Origin: Planctomycetota bacterium
Lineage (GTDB): Bacteria; Planctomycetota; UBA8108; SXIK01
Length of the DNA: 64,000 nt
Assembly (NCBI GenBank): GCA_965223265.1
Contig: OZ244999.1
Span: 5,440,001 to 5,504,000 of the forward strand
Direction: 5' to 3'
In this document: in pieces, positions 29,595 to 39,704 of the stretch
How positions within the stretch are numbered: the first letter of the stretch is position 1
Layout of the letters: each line of letters begins with the position of its first letter
Notes under the pieces: generated by a model
What the model saw: the letters and a program-made list of their open reading frames with translations, nothing else
What the model was told of the DNA's origin: nothing
Database searches by the model: none
Position numbers and translations under genes: made by a program

Positions 29595-31664
29595 ATGCTA
29601 AAGCGACTCTGGCTCGTCGTCGTTACGTGGTGGCTGGCAGTCGGTGGCACGAATTGGGCTGTGGCTGGCGTCTACGAAGACCTCGGCGCGCCGTGCGTCG
29701 GGGCTTGGCGGACGTACATCGGTACACACTGGGACCCAGCACTCAAACGCGAACTCTTGTGGGCGCAGGAATGTTCGCAAGACGGTGCAGTGCTCTACGC
29801 GCTGGACCTCACCAGCGGTGAGCTCGTCGAGGAACACACGGCGCCGGCGCGCCAGATTGGTCGCATGATCTCCCTCGACGATGTCCTCTACATGATCACT
29901 TATTCGGGCCTCAACCAACCAGGAAACGTGCTTCTGCGCTTTGATCCACGCGTCAGGCGGATCGAAGATCTTGGCATCGCCCCAACGCCGCGCAACCGCT
30001 TCGCGTCGATCATCGCCGCGCGAGATGGTGCTCTCTACTGCGGCACGCATCAACAAGGGCGACTCTTTCGATTCGACATCGCCACATCGAGCTGGAGCGA
30101 TCTCGGGCCGAAGGTACCGCCGCCGGTGCACGAGCGCCAAAACGTCTGGCTCTACCTTGACGCAGTTCTGACAAACGGTGCGCTCATCGGTCGAGTACGG
30201 CGAACGCCGCCGTCGCAAGTCGTGATCATCGATCCCGTGGACGGTGCCTTCCGCCGGGAGGAAAAACTTGAGGGACGCTCATGGATTGTCATCGAAGGGC
30301 AAGTGGTGCTCACGGACGGCGAGCAGCTCGAGCTCTGGGATCATGAACTCAATCCGATCGGTTCGCTCGGCGTTCGAGATTTCGCCGGCGGCGAGGCGTA
30401 TCCCGCGGCAAGCCGCATCACGTTCGTCCGCTCGCACGACGCGCGACGCGTGCTCGTCCGCATCGGACGTGACGTCCTGCGATGCGAGCTCAAAGCGCGG
30501 CGGTTGACGAAGCTAGGACGTCTCCCGTCGAGCGGTTCGTGGCGCGTCACCTCACGCGGTACGAGTGCTGTCCAGCTCGAACGTTTCTCCTCGGAAATCA
30601 AGGTGGCTGACCTCGACAGCGGTGTCGTGCGCAGCTTCCAGAATCCATACCGCAGCCAACGCGGCACGCAGATCTGCGGTCTCACGCGTGCCGCCGACGG
30701 TTCGATCTACGGTACGAACATCATCGGCATGCACATCTTCAAGCACGTGCCGGAGAGCGGAACGACGATCGATCTCGGCGCCGTCGGCTGGTCAGGTGCC
30801 GAGGTGTACAACACGATCGACTTTGACGGCAAGATCTACTTCGGGACGTACGGCGGCGGCCACTGGGGCGTGTATGACCCGGCGCGGCCGTGGAATCCCG
30901 ACTTCAAGACCGGTGGTGAAGCACGCGACGCGAACCCTCGCAAAATTACGCAACTAGGCGGCACGACTCCGGAAGTGGTGAACCGCCCGTTTGAGTATGC
31001 CATCGGGCCGAACCGGAGAATCTACATCGCCAGTCGTGCGGACTATGGACACCCTGGCGGTACACTCGTCGAGTTCGACCCGCAGACGGAATCGGTTCGA
31101 CTTTTCCGCGACGAAAAACGTTCCATACAAACCGTGACCGCAGACGAAAAATACGTCTACTGTGGTACGAGTGTGCGTGGCGGCCGAGGATCGGGCGAGC
31201 GCGCCGACGAAGCCACGTTCGTTGTCCACGATCCGTCGAATGGCGAACGCGTCTTCGAGTCAGCACTCGTGCCGGGAAGCCTCGCCGTCGTCAGCGCACG
31301 TGCTCATCGCGCCAACGGCCATGTCTACTTCACGACGGACAATCGCTTCCTGGTCGAATTCGATCCGCGCTCGTTCGCTATCCGCGAGCGGTGGCGAGTT
31401 CGTTCGGCGGGCACACCGCTCGCGGGCGTCCCGGAGGACGTTGGCATGCTGCACATCACGGTGGCAACCGACGGCAACGTCTACGGAATAGCGCATCGCG
31501 ATCTGTTTCGTCTCGAAGTTCAGAAACGGCGAGTGGAGTACCTCGACCCGCCGCCGCGCTCGGGGCTCTACCAGATCGTCGAGGGCAGACCGGGCGAGTT
31601 CTTCATCGGAGCCGGCACACACCTGCTGAGGTACTTGGTCGACGAGCCGGTCTACTACCGCTAG
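29595..31664 (+). CDS. Secreted multi-blade beta-propeller protein of unknown function
   Basis: Signal peptide; repeated DGxxYxG / xFDP blades; GGGAGG RBS. Confidence 0.75.
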   Translation: MLKRLWLVVVTWWLAVGGTNWAVAGVYEDLGAPCVGAWRTYIGTHWDPALKRELLWAQECSQDGAVLYALDLTSGELVEEHTAPARQIGRMISLDDVLYMITYSGLNQPGNVLLRFDPRVRRIEDLGIAPTPRNRFASIIAARDGALYCGTHQQGRLFRFDIATSSWSDLGPKVPPPVHERQNVWLYLDAVLTNGALIGRVRRTPPSQVVIIDPVDGAFRREEKLEGRSWIVIEGQVVLTDGEQLELWDHELNPIGSLGVRDFAGGEAYPAASRITFVRSHDARRVLVRIGRDVLRCELKARRLTKLGRLPSSGSWRVTSRGTSAVQLERFSSEIKVADLDSGVVRSFQNPYRSQRGTQICGLTRAADGSIYGTNIIGMHIFKHVPESGTTIDLGAVGWSGAEVYNTIDFDGKIYFGTYGGGHWGVYDPARPWNPDFKTGGEARDANPRKITQLGGTTPEVVNRPFEYAIGPNRRIYIASRADYGHPGGTLVEFDPQTESVRLFRDEKRSIQTVTADEKYVYCGTSVRGGRGSGERADEATFVVHDPSNGERVFESALVPGSLAVVSARAHRANGHVYFTTDNRFLVEFDPRSFAIRERWRVRSAGTPLAGVPEDVGMLHITVATDGNVYGIAHRDLFRLEVQKRRVEYLDPPPRSGLYQIVEGRPGEFFIGAGTHLLRYLVDEPVYYR

Positions 31665-31767
31665 TGGACAGCGCAGGACTCCGGCTCCAGGGTCGCAAGA
31701 AGGAAGCGCTTCACGCGATGACTGACCGCGCCCGTCGAGCGGGGGAGTTCGTGCCCTAGGCCTATGC

Positions 31768-31872
31768 GCGTTTGCGTTTGCGTTTGCGTTTGCGTTTGCG
31801 TGGGCGTTTGCGTGGGCGTTTGCGTGGGCGTGGGCGTGGGTGGGGGAGTACCAGTGCTCTGCCTCTGTCTCT
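31768..31872 (+). repeat. Composite hexamer microsatellite A: 12 GCGTTT/GCGTGG units, GGAGTAC, GCTCTGCCTCTGTCTCT
   Basis: Seen directly; intergenic. Confidence 0.92.
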
Positions 31873-32041
31873 CCCCTCCTCGCGGACCGGCCGCCGATCT
31901 TCACCACGCTGCGCTCCTACTCTTTCGATTCAGTGTCCGTCGGACAGACAAAGCGTTCAAATCCTGCATTCGTCCCAGGCGTAGCGCTTCTTTCGCAAGG
32001 TAAAAACAGCGCAAATTCAGGGCTTTCTGCGGGCCTTCACA

Positions 32042-32058
32042 TCGGTACGAAACTTGCG
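32042..32058 (+). promoter_or_regulatory. Putative sigma54 (-24/-12) promoter
   Basis: TCGGTACGAAACTTGCG has GG-N10-GC spacing with TTGC, about 70 nt upstream of ATG 32127. Confidence 0.55.
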
Positions 32059-32126
32059 ATCTTTTGTTCGGCTCGAGACGAGAAGAGGGAAGAGAGAAGA
32101 GAGAGAAGCGGAGAGGAGGAAGCACG

Positions 32127-32411
32127 ATGAGGGAAAGAGGTGACGCAGTAGGTCTTGGTGGAGCGACGACGCTGGCGCGGCGTGGGAGTGAAGCGCAGGG
32201 AGAGGGAGAAGGGCTCAGCTTTCCGAGGATCATGTGGTACTCAGAGCTGGAATCGCAACTGCGCTCGTACGACGATCTGTCGGCGCAATTGAGAGAGCTG
32301 AGGGGGTTCCTACTCGAGCTGCCGCGGGACGAATTCGCGCTCTATCGAGACCGATTCAACAAACTTGCTTCGCGTTACAACCGCTTGGCGAAGTCGAAGA
32401 AGGCTCCCTGA
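32127..32411 (+). CDS. Small helical hypothetical protein (alternative start 32232)
   Basis: AGGAGG RBS 7 nt before ATG; amphipathic helical C-terminal half. Confidence 0.6.
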   Translation: MRERGDAVGLGGATTLARRGSEAQGEGEGLSFPRIMWYSELESQLRSYDDLSAQLRELRGFLLELPRDEFALYRDRFNKLASRYNRLAKSKKAP

Positions 32412-32538
32412 TCGCGCCCCTCCCATTCGCGCGCCTCTTCGCCCTCTATGCTATGCTGTCAGTCGCGGTCCGCTTTCGAGATAGTGTGTTCTAACTCGAG
32501 GCGCGACCCACACCCTCAAGCAATGGGAGGCCGACAGC

Positions 32539-33402
32539 ATGACGTCAGTGCGAGACACGTACAAGTTTGACGAACTCACTTGGCCCGAAATCAACGAAGC
32601 GGTCCGTCTCCGAAAGATCCCCATTCTGCCGACCGGTTCGGTGGAGCAACACGGTCACCACTTGGCGCTCAACGTCGATCACGTCTGCGCTAGCGCAGTT
32701 GCGACCGAAGCCGCGCGTCTGAAGCCTGAGTACAGCCTCGTGCTGCCACCCGTCACCTACGGGTATGTCCATCATGTCATGGACTTTCCCGGATCGCTGA
32801 ACATCCACTTCGAGCACTTCATTCAGTACGTTCTCGACATCTGCAAGAGCCTCGCCTACCACGGCTTCAAAAAGATCGTCATCGTCAACGGCCATGGTTC
32901 CAACCACCCGCTGGTGGATCTGGTCAGCCGCCGCGTCATCGTCGAGACGGACGCGAGCTGCGTCTTCTGCAGCTGGTGGCAGCTGCTTCAAGTCGATCCG
33001 GAGTTCAAGAACAAGTGGCGTGACAGCATTTTTCCCGGTGGCTGCTCACACGCCTGTGAGCTCGAAACTTCGATGATGCTCCACCTGCGGCCAGACTGTG
33101 TTCGCCAAGAGAAGATCAAGAGCGAGATTGCGCGCACGAACAAAGTCGGCTCCAAATTCATTTGGGGTGACCTGTTCGGTAAAGGCCCGCTCGGGCTTCT
33201 CGAGTGGACAAGCCAGTACACAGAGACCGGCGTCATGGGTGAAGCGGAGAAGGCTACCGCTGAGAAAGGGCGTCTTGTCTTCGAGGAGGCGAGTCGTCAA
33301 CTTGCTGCTTTCATCGAGGAATACCACGCGCGTTCGATCGAGCCTCGACAAGCGCACCAGGCTGAGGCTCCGACGATGGAGCTCAATTTCCCGACCGACT
33401 GA
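32539..33402 (+). CDS. Creatininase family protein
   Basis: GSVEQHGHHL, NGHGSN, HACELETS, GVMG...ATAEKG. Confidence 0.93.
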   Translation: MTSVRDTYKFDELTWPEINEAVRLRKIPILPTGSVEQHGHHLALNVDHVCASAVATEAARLKPEYSLVLPPVTYGYVHHVMDFPGSLNIHFEHFIQYVLDICKSLAYHGFKKIVIVNGHGSNHPLVDLVSRRVIVETDASCVFCSWWQLLQVDPEFKNKWRDSIFPGGCSHACELETSMMLHLRPDCVRQEKIKSEIARTNKVGSKFIWGDLFGKGPLGLLEWTSQYTETGVMGEAEKATAEKGRLVFEEASRQLAAFIEEYHARSIEPRQAHQAEAPTMELNFPTD

Positions 33403-33628
33403 CGTCGATCGAACCGCCGCACGCGAACGGTGAGATCGCCGAGAGCGCCGCAGCCGCCGCAGCCGCCGCCGGACCGTCGTTGTGGTTGCCGGACAGCTCT
33501 CGTTCGATGAGACGGCTAGCAGCCGCGATCATGTTTGTCGTTTGCGACGAAGAAGCAGCCAGGTAGCATGTCTGGGGTCAAGCGCGACCAGACGCGGCAG
33601 GTGAGGCGCGGCATGAAGCTCAGAAAGA

Positions 33629-34747
33629 ATGAAGATCACAGACGTCGAAGCGATCCATCTACGCATTCCAGACGTTGAAGAGATCGCCGACGGCACTCAA
33701 GACGTTCTCGTGATCAAAATTCACACCGATGCGGGCGACGTCGGGATTGGTGAAGTCAGCAGTCAATCCTACGTCTGCAAGGCGATCTTCGAAGCGCCGC
33801 GCTCAGCGGCTCGGCGACATGGCTTGAGAGAGATTTTGGTCGGCCAGGAGATCGACGATGTCCGCGCGCTCTGGCGACGCATGTACTACCAGACGAATCG
33901 CTACGGTCGCCGCGGCGCAGCACTCCACGCCATCAGCGGCGCCGACATCGCACTTTGGGACCTCTACGGCAAGCAGCGCGGCCTGCCTGTCTGTGAACTG
34001 CTCGGCAACCCGCGTCGCAAACCGATTCGCGCCTACGCGAGCTTCCTCTTCGGAACGACGCCCGACGCCACGCGCCAACTCGCCGTCGACGCGGTCGACC
34101 TCGGGCTGACGGCGGTGAAGTTCGGCTGGGGACCCTTTGGCCAGGACGAAGCGACCGACTTGGCGCACGTCGCCGCTGCCCGCGAAGCGCTCGGAGCTGA
34201 TCGCACGCTCATGGTCGACGCAGGCTGTGCCTGGGACGCAGACACCGCACTGGCGCGCGCTGAGCGCCTCGCAGAGTTCGACCTAGAATGGCTCGAGGAA
34301 CCTCTGACGCAGGATGACCTCGCTGGCTATCGACACCTAGCCGAACGTTCGCCCGTGCCAATCGCTGCCGGCGAGGGTGAAGTGACCCGCTTCGGCTTCG
34401 AGGAACTTGCCGCGTGCGGCGTTCGTATCCTGCAGCCAGATGTCGCGATCTGCGGCGGGCTCACCGTCTGCGAAGAGGTGAGCGAGATTTGCGCGAGGAC
34501 TCGCGCGCGACCGGTCCCCCACTGCTTCAGCACCGGCATCAACCTTGCCGCGTCACTACACTGGATCGCGACCGCGCCGCGCGGCGACCTCGTCGAGTAC
34601 TGCCTGCGTCCGTCGCCACTCATGCGCAAGCTTGTGCGCAACTTGCCGCCACTCGAGGCGGGCCACGTCGACGTTCCAGACGGCCCCGGTCTCGGCATCG
34701 AGCTCGACGAAAGAGTTGTCGAAGAGTTCAGGGTAAACCCATCGTGA
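33629..34747 (+). CDS. Mandelate racemase/muconate lactonizing enzyme family protein
   Basis: MKITDV, DIALWDL.GK..GLPV..LLG, MVDAG, WLEEP, AAGE, QPD, GPGLGIE. Confidence 0.93.
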   Translation: MKITDVEAIHLRIPDVEEIADGTQDVLVIKIHTDAGDVGIGEVSSQSYVCKAIFEAPRSAARRHGLREILVGQEIDDVRALWRRMYYQTNRYGRRGAALHAISGADIALWDLYGKQRGLPVCELLGNPRRKPIRAYASFLFGTTPDATRQLAVDAVDLGLTAVKFGWGPFGQDEATDLAHVAAAREALGADRTLMVDAGCAWDADTALARAERLAEFDLEWLEEPLTQDDLAGYRHLAERSPVPIAAGEGEVTRFGFEELAACGVRILQPDVAICGGLTVCEEVSEICARTRARPVPHCFSTGINLAASLHWIATAPRGDLVEYCLRPSPLMRKLVRNLPPLEAGHVDVPDGPGLGIELDERVVEEFRVNPS

Positions 34748-36120
34748 CTCCGTCGGCCCCAGACTCACCTCGACCAACTCGCATCCGCTACGTGGTGCTG
34801 ACACTCGCCTGCCTGACGAGCTTCATCCTTTACCTCCATCGATATGCGTGGGGGGTGATCAAACCCGACGTCAAGGCGGAGTTCGGCCTCGACGATGAGC
34901 AGCTTGGTTGGCTCGACTCCGCATTCAACATCACCTACGCGATCTTTCAGGTTCCGATCGGGCTCCTCGGCGACCTGGTCGGTCCGGCGCTCGTCCTGCC
35001 GCTGATCATTGGGCTCTGGTCAGGTGCCGTGGCGCTCACGTCGTGGGCTGCAGGGTTGTGGCCGCTCGCCGGCGTGCGACTCTTTTTCGGCGCCGCGCAG
35101 GCCGGAACCTACCCTAACTTGTCGACCGTTACGCGTAGCTGGTTTCCTCTCTCATCCCGCACAACTGTGCAGGGCTTCATCGCCTCGGCCTCCGGACGTG
35201 CCGGCGGCGCATGTGCTTCGATCGTCGTCAGCGCGCTTCTGATCGGAGCGCTCGGGCTGTCCTGGCGCTGGGCGCTTGTCGTCATCAGTTTTTTGGGAGG
35301 AGTGCTGGTGGTCGGATATCTCCTTCTCTTCCGGAGTCATCCCGCATTCCACCCTCGCGTCAACGACGCAGAGCGACGCCTGATCTCGGCGGGGGAAACC
35401 GAGGACGACAGCACGCGCAAGAATCGAGACGCCACCAACACTCCCGCCGATAAAAACGATTTGCCGGAATCGACGAATGAGGTTTCGGCACCCACTCGCT
35501 TCACTCGCGACCGCGCCGCATGGATCAGCTTTTCCTTTCTCCTCTTTCACATGTTCGCCAGCGCCTTCGCCGATCAGCTGTACGTCTATTGGATTCCGCT
35601 CTTTCTCGAGGAAGAAAAAGGGCTGAGCAAAACCGCCATGGGCTTCTACGCAAGCCTTCCTCTCCTCGCGGGCGCGCTCGGTGGTCTCTTTGGTGGCGTG
35701 CTCAACGACTGGCTCCTCCGCCTTTTCGGGCGGCGTTTCGCTCGCGCCACCGTTGGACTCGTCGGGAAACTACTCTCGGCCGTGCTCATGCTGATCAGTC
35801 TCCAGTTCGAGTCAGGTCGAGCCGTCATGATCGTGATCGCCTGCAGCAAATTCTTCACAGACTGGAGTCAGCCGACGACGTGGGGTACGGTAACCGACAT
35901 CGCCGGCAGAGCGTCCGGGCGCGTGTTCGGTACGGTGAACATGGTCGGTTCGATCGGCACCGTCATCGCCGGCCCTGTGCTCGGCGGCCTGAAGAAGGAC
36001 TTCGGCTGGAATGCCGTGTTCACCGCTCTTGCCGTCGTCTACGTGGCCGCCGCGCTGGCGTGGCTCGGAATCGATGCGTCCAGGCGCCTGATGGTGCGGG
36101 ATCGCGACACAGAAAGTTGA
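34744..36120 (+). CDS. MFS transporter (anion:cation symporter/sugar-acid-like)
   Basis: About 12 TM helices, YLHR, FQVPIG, RSWFP..R; GTGA overlap with the upstream stop. Confidence 0.9.
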   Translation: MTPSAPDSPRPTRIRYVVLTLACLTSFILYLHRYAWGVIKPDVKAEFGLDDEQLGWLDSAFNITYAIFQVPIGLLGDLVGPALVLPLIIGLWSGAVALTSWAAGLWPLAGVRLFFGAAQAGTYPNLSTVTRSWFPLSSRTTVQGFIASASGRAGGACASIVVSALLIGALGLSWRWALVVISFLGGVLVVGYLLLFRSHPAFHPRVNDAERRLISAGETEDDSTRKNRDATNTPADKNDLPESTNEVSAPTRFTRDRAAWISFSFLLFHMFASAFADQLYVYWIPLFLEEEKGLSKTAMGFYASLPLLAGALGGLFGGVLNDWLLRLFGRRFARATVGLVGKLLSAVLMLISLQFESGRAVMIVIACSKFFTDWSQPTTWGTVTDIAGRASGRVFGTVNMVGSIGTVIAGPVLGGLKKDFGWNAVFTALAVVYVAAALAWLGIDASRRLMVRDRDTES

Positions 36121-36168
36121 GCATCAAGGAGCCACCAACGAGGGTGGCACCATCAACCGACTTCTCCC

Positions 36169-36960
36169 GTGAACGAAGTGAGCGAGCGTCGACGACTGAC
36201 AGCTGAGCAGCTGACCCACTACCGAGACGAAGGCTACGTCACCGGTCTTCCCGTCTTCAACGCCGACGAAGTCGCGACGCTGCAGGCCAGGTTTCCGGAG
36301 ATCCGTACCTTGCTTCGACCGGGGAAAGACATCAGCCGTGTCAACTGGTGGCACAAAAAGAACCGGTTCCTCTATGACAATGTGTGTACCGACTCGCGCA
36401 TCCTCGACTACGTCGAGTGCCTTTTGGGGCCGAACTTCTTCCTCTGGGGGTCACAGTTCTTCGTGAAAGATCCTGGTGACGGCAGCGAGGTACCGTGGCA
36501 TCAGGATGCGCAGTATTGGCCGCTCGAGCCGATGAAAGCGGTCACGGTGTTTGTCGCGTTCGACGACTGTGACGCCGCCAATGCTTGCATGCGCGTGATT
36601 CCGCGTACGCATCGCGAGTCTGCGAAACAGCATCGACACGCCGGCAAGGATCACTACGTCCTGCAAGAAGAGATCCTCCCGGAGGAGATCGACACGTCGC
36701 AGTCCGTCGACCTCGAGCTCCGCGGCGGAGAGATCTCCCTCCACGACGACCGCCTCGTTCATGGCTCCGGGCCGAACCTCTCGGAGCGGCCGCGGATTGG
36801 ATTCACCATGCGCTATTCGAGCACCGACGTGAAGTGTGACCTGGCCGTATGGCCGACGTTCGCGGCGTTCCTCGTGCGCGGCGTTGACAAGTTCGACCAC
36901 AATCCTCGCGGCGTCGTGCCAACCGGGTTCGAAGCTCCGGACTGCATGCGTCCGGCGTGA
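36169..36960 (+). CDS. Phytanoyl-CoA dioxygenase (PhyH) family Fe/2OG enzyme
   Basis: WHQD...HGSGPN...R triad motifs. Confidence 0.92.
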   Translation: MNEVSERRRLTAEQLTHYRDEGYVTGLPVFNADEVATLQARFPEIRTLLRPGKDISRVNWWHKKNRFLYDNVCTDSRILDYVECLLGPNFFLWGSQFFVKDPGDGSEVPWHQDAQYWPLEPMKAVTVFVAFDDCDAANACMRVIPRTHRESAKQHRHAGKDHYVLQEEILPEEIDTSQSVDLELRGGEISLHDDRLVHGSGPNLSERPRIGFTMRYSSTDVKCDLAVWPTFAAFLVRGVDKFDHNPRGVVPTGFEAPDCMRPA

Positions 36961-36981
36961 AATCAATCGGCAAACCCGCCG

Positions 36982-38472
36982 TCAAGCGCCCCCGAGATCA
37001 AATCGTGTGTCGGCGTCCATCGGATAGATTTTGCGACCGAGCCGCCGAAACGGCAGTCGTTTGAAGTCTTGCGAAAAAGGACTCTCGGTGTCGACATTGT
37101 GGATCGACCCGGCAATGGGGCCAAAACCGCTGCGAAAGTGCCCGGTCGACTTGACGCAGAGATATCGCGTCTGCGTGCAGTCAAGGCCAAGGGTGCGCGC
37201 GAAGGCAAGATCGATCGGTTGAATCGTGCGCGAAATCACCGCCACGTGAACGCCGCCCTGACGCAGGAGAACGGACTTGCCGTGGTCGCCGCCGAGACGG
37301 GCAAACATCGGCCCGTCGTACGTAAACAGCCCGTCGGTAACAGCGAGCACTTCGGCGTGCAGCCGCACGGGTTCCCCCGACAGCTCGTAGCGCCCGCCCA
37401 CGTCGACGTCGACGACAGCGCCAACACCCGCCGCGGCCGCGATCTCGACCGCCTGCGGATCCACGATGTGGAGAACGGCGGACGGCTCTAGCTGATTGTC
37501 GAGGAAGAGCTGTAGGATTTCGGTGTTGTCACTGGGCGCGCCACCGCCCGGATTGTCCGCTTGGTCAGCGAGGATGATTGGGTAACGCCCCTGCGCCTCG
37601 CCGGCGGCGAGCCCCTCGAGCGCCGTCATCGGCGCCGCCTGCCAAACATCGCGGCGCTCCCAAACCCAGCGCGCAAGCTCGTCTGCTCTGCGCTGCGCGT
37701 TCACCGCATCGCCATCCGTCACCACGATCGTCGAAGCGCCAGCGCATGGGACGTCAGCCCACTGGTATCCGACTCCAACACTCGCCGTCAACACGTCCGG
37801 CTGACGCTCAACGGCATGCAGCTGTTCGACAAGCGACCGCATCGGATCTTCGGCTGAGATCATCTTGATCGCCGCCCAAAAGAGCGGCAGCGAAGTCCAT
37901 CCCATCGTCGGTCGCACCTCGCCGCGAATTGTCTTCACGATCATATCCGCAGCCTCGATACCGCGTTCCGCCATATCCGTATGGGGATAGGTGTCTTCGA
38001 CGATAAGGGCCGTGGCGCTACGCACCATGTCCTCGCCGATGTTCGAATGCAGGTCGTGCACGGCGATGATCGGAGTGTCCGGACCGACAAGGGCGCGCGT
38101 CGCGACCAAAATATCTCCATCGGCATCGTCAACGCCCTGCGCTGAGTACGATCCATGCAAGCTGAGGAGGACGCCGTCGACGGGAAGAGCTGCCTCGAGT
38201 GGAGCCAAAAGTCGCCGCTTAAGCTCCTCGTGCGTCGCCTGTGCCGGTTGACCACCCGACGGTGCGTGACACCAGATGAGCGGTACGACCTGGCCACCGC
38301 CGCGGCGAACGCCCGTCAGAAACCCATCAACGATCGTGTTGGCATCGCCCTTCCGACGCCCGAGCTCCTCCGACTCCGACCAGCGAGTGCCGACGAAGAA
38401 GTCTTCGAGACGGGTCTCCAGCGGCGAGAAATTGCTACTCTCATGTTCGATTCCACCAACCGCAATGCGCAT
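36982..38472 (-). CDS. MlrC/M81 family metallopeptidase
   Basis: HESSNFSP, LHG, DLHSN, YPHTD, DNPGGG, KSTGHFR. Confidence 0.92.
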   Translation of the reverse strand: MRIAVGGIEHESSNFSPLETRLEDFFVGTRWSESEELGRRKGDANTIVDGFLTGVRRGGGQVVPLIWCHAPSGGQPAQATHEELKRRLLAPLEAALPVDGVLLSLHGSYSAQGVDDADGDILVATRALVGPDTPIIAVHDLHSNIGEDMVRSATALIVEDTYPHTDMAERGIEAADMIVKTIRGEVRPTMGWTSLPLFWAAIKMISAEDPMRSLVEQLHAVERQPDVLTASVGVGYQWADVPCAGASTIVVTDGDAVNAQRRADELARWVWERRDVWQAAPMTALEGLAAGEAQGRYPIILADQADNPGGGAPSDNTEILQLFLDNQLEPSAVLHIVDPQAVEIAAAAGVGAVVDVDVGGRYELSGEPVRLHAEVLAVTDGLFTYDGPMFARLGGDHGKSVLLRQGGVHVAVISRTIQPIDLAFARTLGLDCTQTRYLCVKSTGHFRSGFGPIAGSIHNVDTESPFSQDFKRLPFRRLGRKIYPMDADTRFDLGGA

Positions 38473-38764
38473 CGTCTGTTCCTCTGCCAACGTTCCTGCA
38501 AGCGACCGCCGCCCAGCGTATCATGGCGAACTGGCGTAGCGACGGCGAATTCACTCGTCAGTCACCGTTCGCGAAGCGATTTCGTGCTCTGGAGACCAAG
38601 GGCTGGACGCGGCGAAGATCCGAACGGGGCTGCCTGCGATAGAATCACTCGAGCCGCACTGGTCCGCCCCTACCTTTCCCGGCAACCCCACGCTATTCTG
38701 GTGCGGTGCGCGCCTGAAGTGCACACAGCCGCTGATCGACAACCAACCGACGAAACACCGATCC

Positions 38765-39688
38765 ATGAACGCTTCGTTCGGCGGGGTCTGGCCCGCCATG
38801 CTGACACCCTTCACCGAAGAGGGTGAACCAAACCTTGACGTCATCGATCCATTGGTCGACGCGTTCGCGCGTGAAGGTCTTGACGGCCTCTACGTTCTTG
38901 GCTCCACTGGTCAAGGCTTAGCGCAGAGCGTCGAGCAGCGCCGCCGCGTCCTTGAGCGTGTTGTCACCGCCAGCCGCGGACGCCTGCCGGTGATGGTGCA
39001 CGTCGGTGCTATCGCGACGCGTGATGCCGTCGAGCTCGCGCGTCATGCGGCCGACTGCGGGGCCGACGCAGTCTCGTCGGTACCGCCGGTCTACTTCCCC
39101 TGCACGCAGGACGCTGTGTTCGAGCACTATCGGCAGATCGGGGGTGCGACAGAGCTCCCCTTCTTCCCGTACCATCTCGACTTTTTCGGCGTCGAGATGC
39201 TCGCCGATCCCGCCTACACGCAGCGCGTCCTCGCCATACCCAACGTCGCCGGCATGAAGCTGACGATCCGTGACCTCTACCACTTCGGTCTCTTCGCCGC
39301 ACGCACCCGCGGACGCCTGACGCTGTTCAGCGGCGCGGATGAACTCGTCTGTCACGCGGTACTGAGCGGTGCCGTCGGGGCGATCGGTACGTTCTACAAC
39401 CTGTGGGGGCGAGCAGTCGCGGCAGCACGTTGCGCATGTACCAGCGGCGACGTCGATCGAGCCCGCGAGTTCATGGAGACTTTTCAGCTGGCGGTGGACG
39501 AAATCCTTCGCAGCGGCAATACGTATGACTTTTTGCGTCGTGCCATGCGTCTCAAGTACGACATCGACATCGGTCCAGGTCGATCTCCGAGCAGTTTCAC
39601 GAGCCGGCCTTGGGACGATGCCGTCGTGGAGCGCATTGTCGCGCGGGTCGATGCAACGCTCACACAAACCAAGCCGCACAATCAATGA
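38765..39688 (+). CDS. DHDPS/N-acetylneuraminate lyase family aldolase
   Basis: AMLTPF, GSTG, HVG, PPVYF, Schiff-base Lys in GMKLT, GADE, GAIGTFYN. Confidence 0.9.
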   Translation: MNASFGGVWPAMLTPFTEEGEPNLDVIDPLVDAFAREGLDGLYVLGSTGQGLAQSVEQRRRVLERVVTASRGRLPVMVHVGAIATRDAVELARHAADCGADAVSSVPPVYFPCTQDAVFEHYRQIGGATELPFFPYHLDFFGVEMLADPAYTQRVLAIPNVAGMKLTIRDLYHFGLFAARTRGRLTLFSGADELVCHAVLSGAVGAIGTFYNLWGRAVAAARCACTSGDVDRAREFMETFQLAVDEILRSGNTYDFLRRAMRLKYDIDIGPGRSPSSFTSRPWDDAVVERIVARVDATLTQTKPHNQ

Positions 39689-39704
39689 AAACGAATCAGT
39701 GAAC

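Noticed and set aside
38520-38760. Riboswitch or ncRNA in the divergent intergenic region
   Set aside because: Only a weak imperfect stem and no recognisable aptamer motif; needs an Rfam scan.
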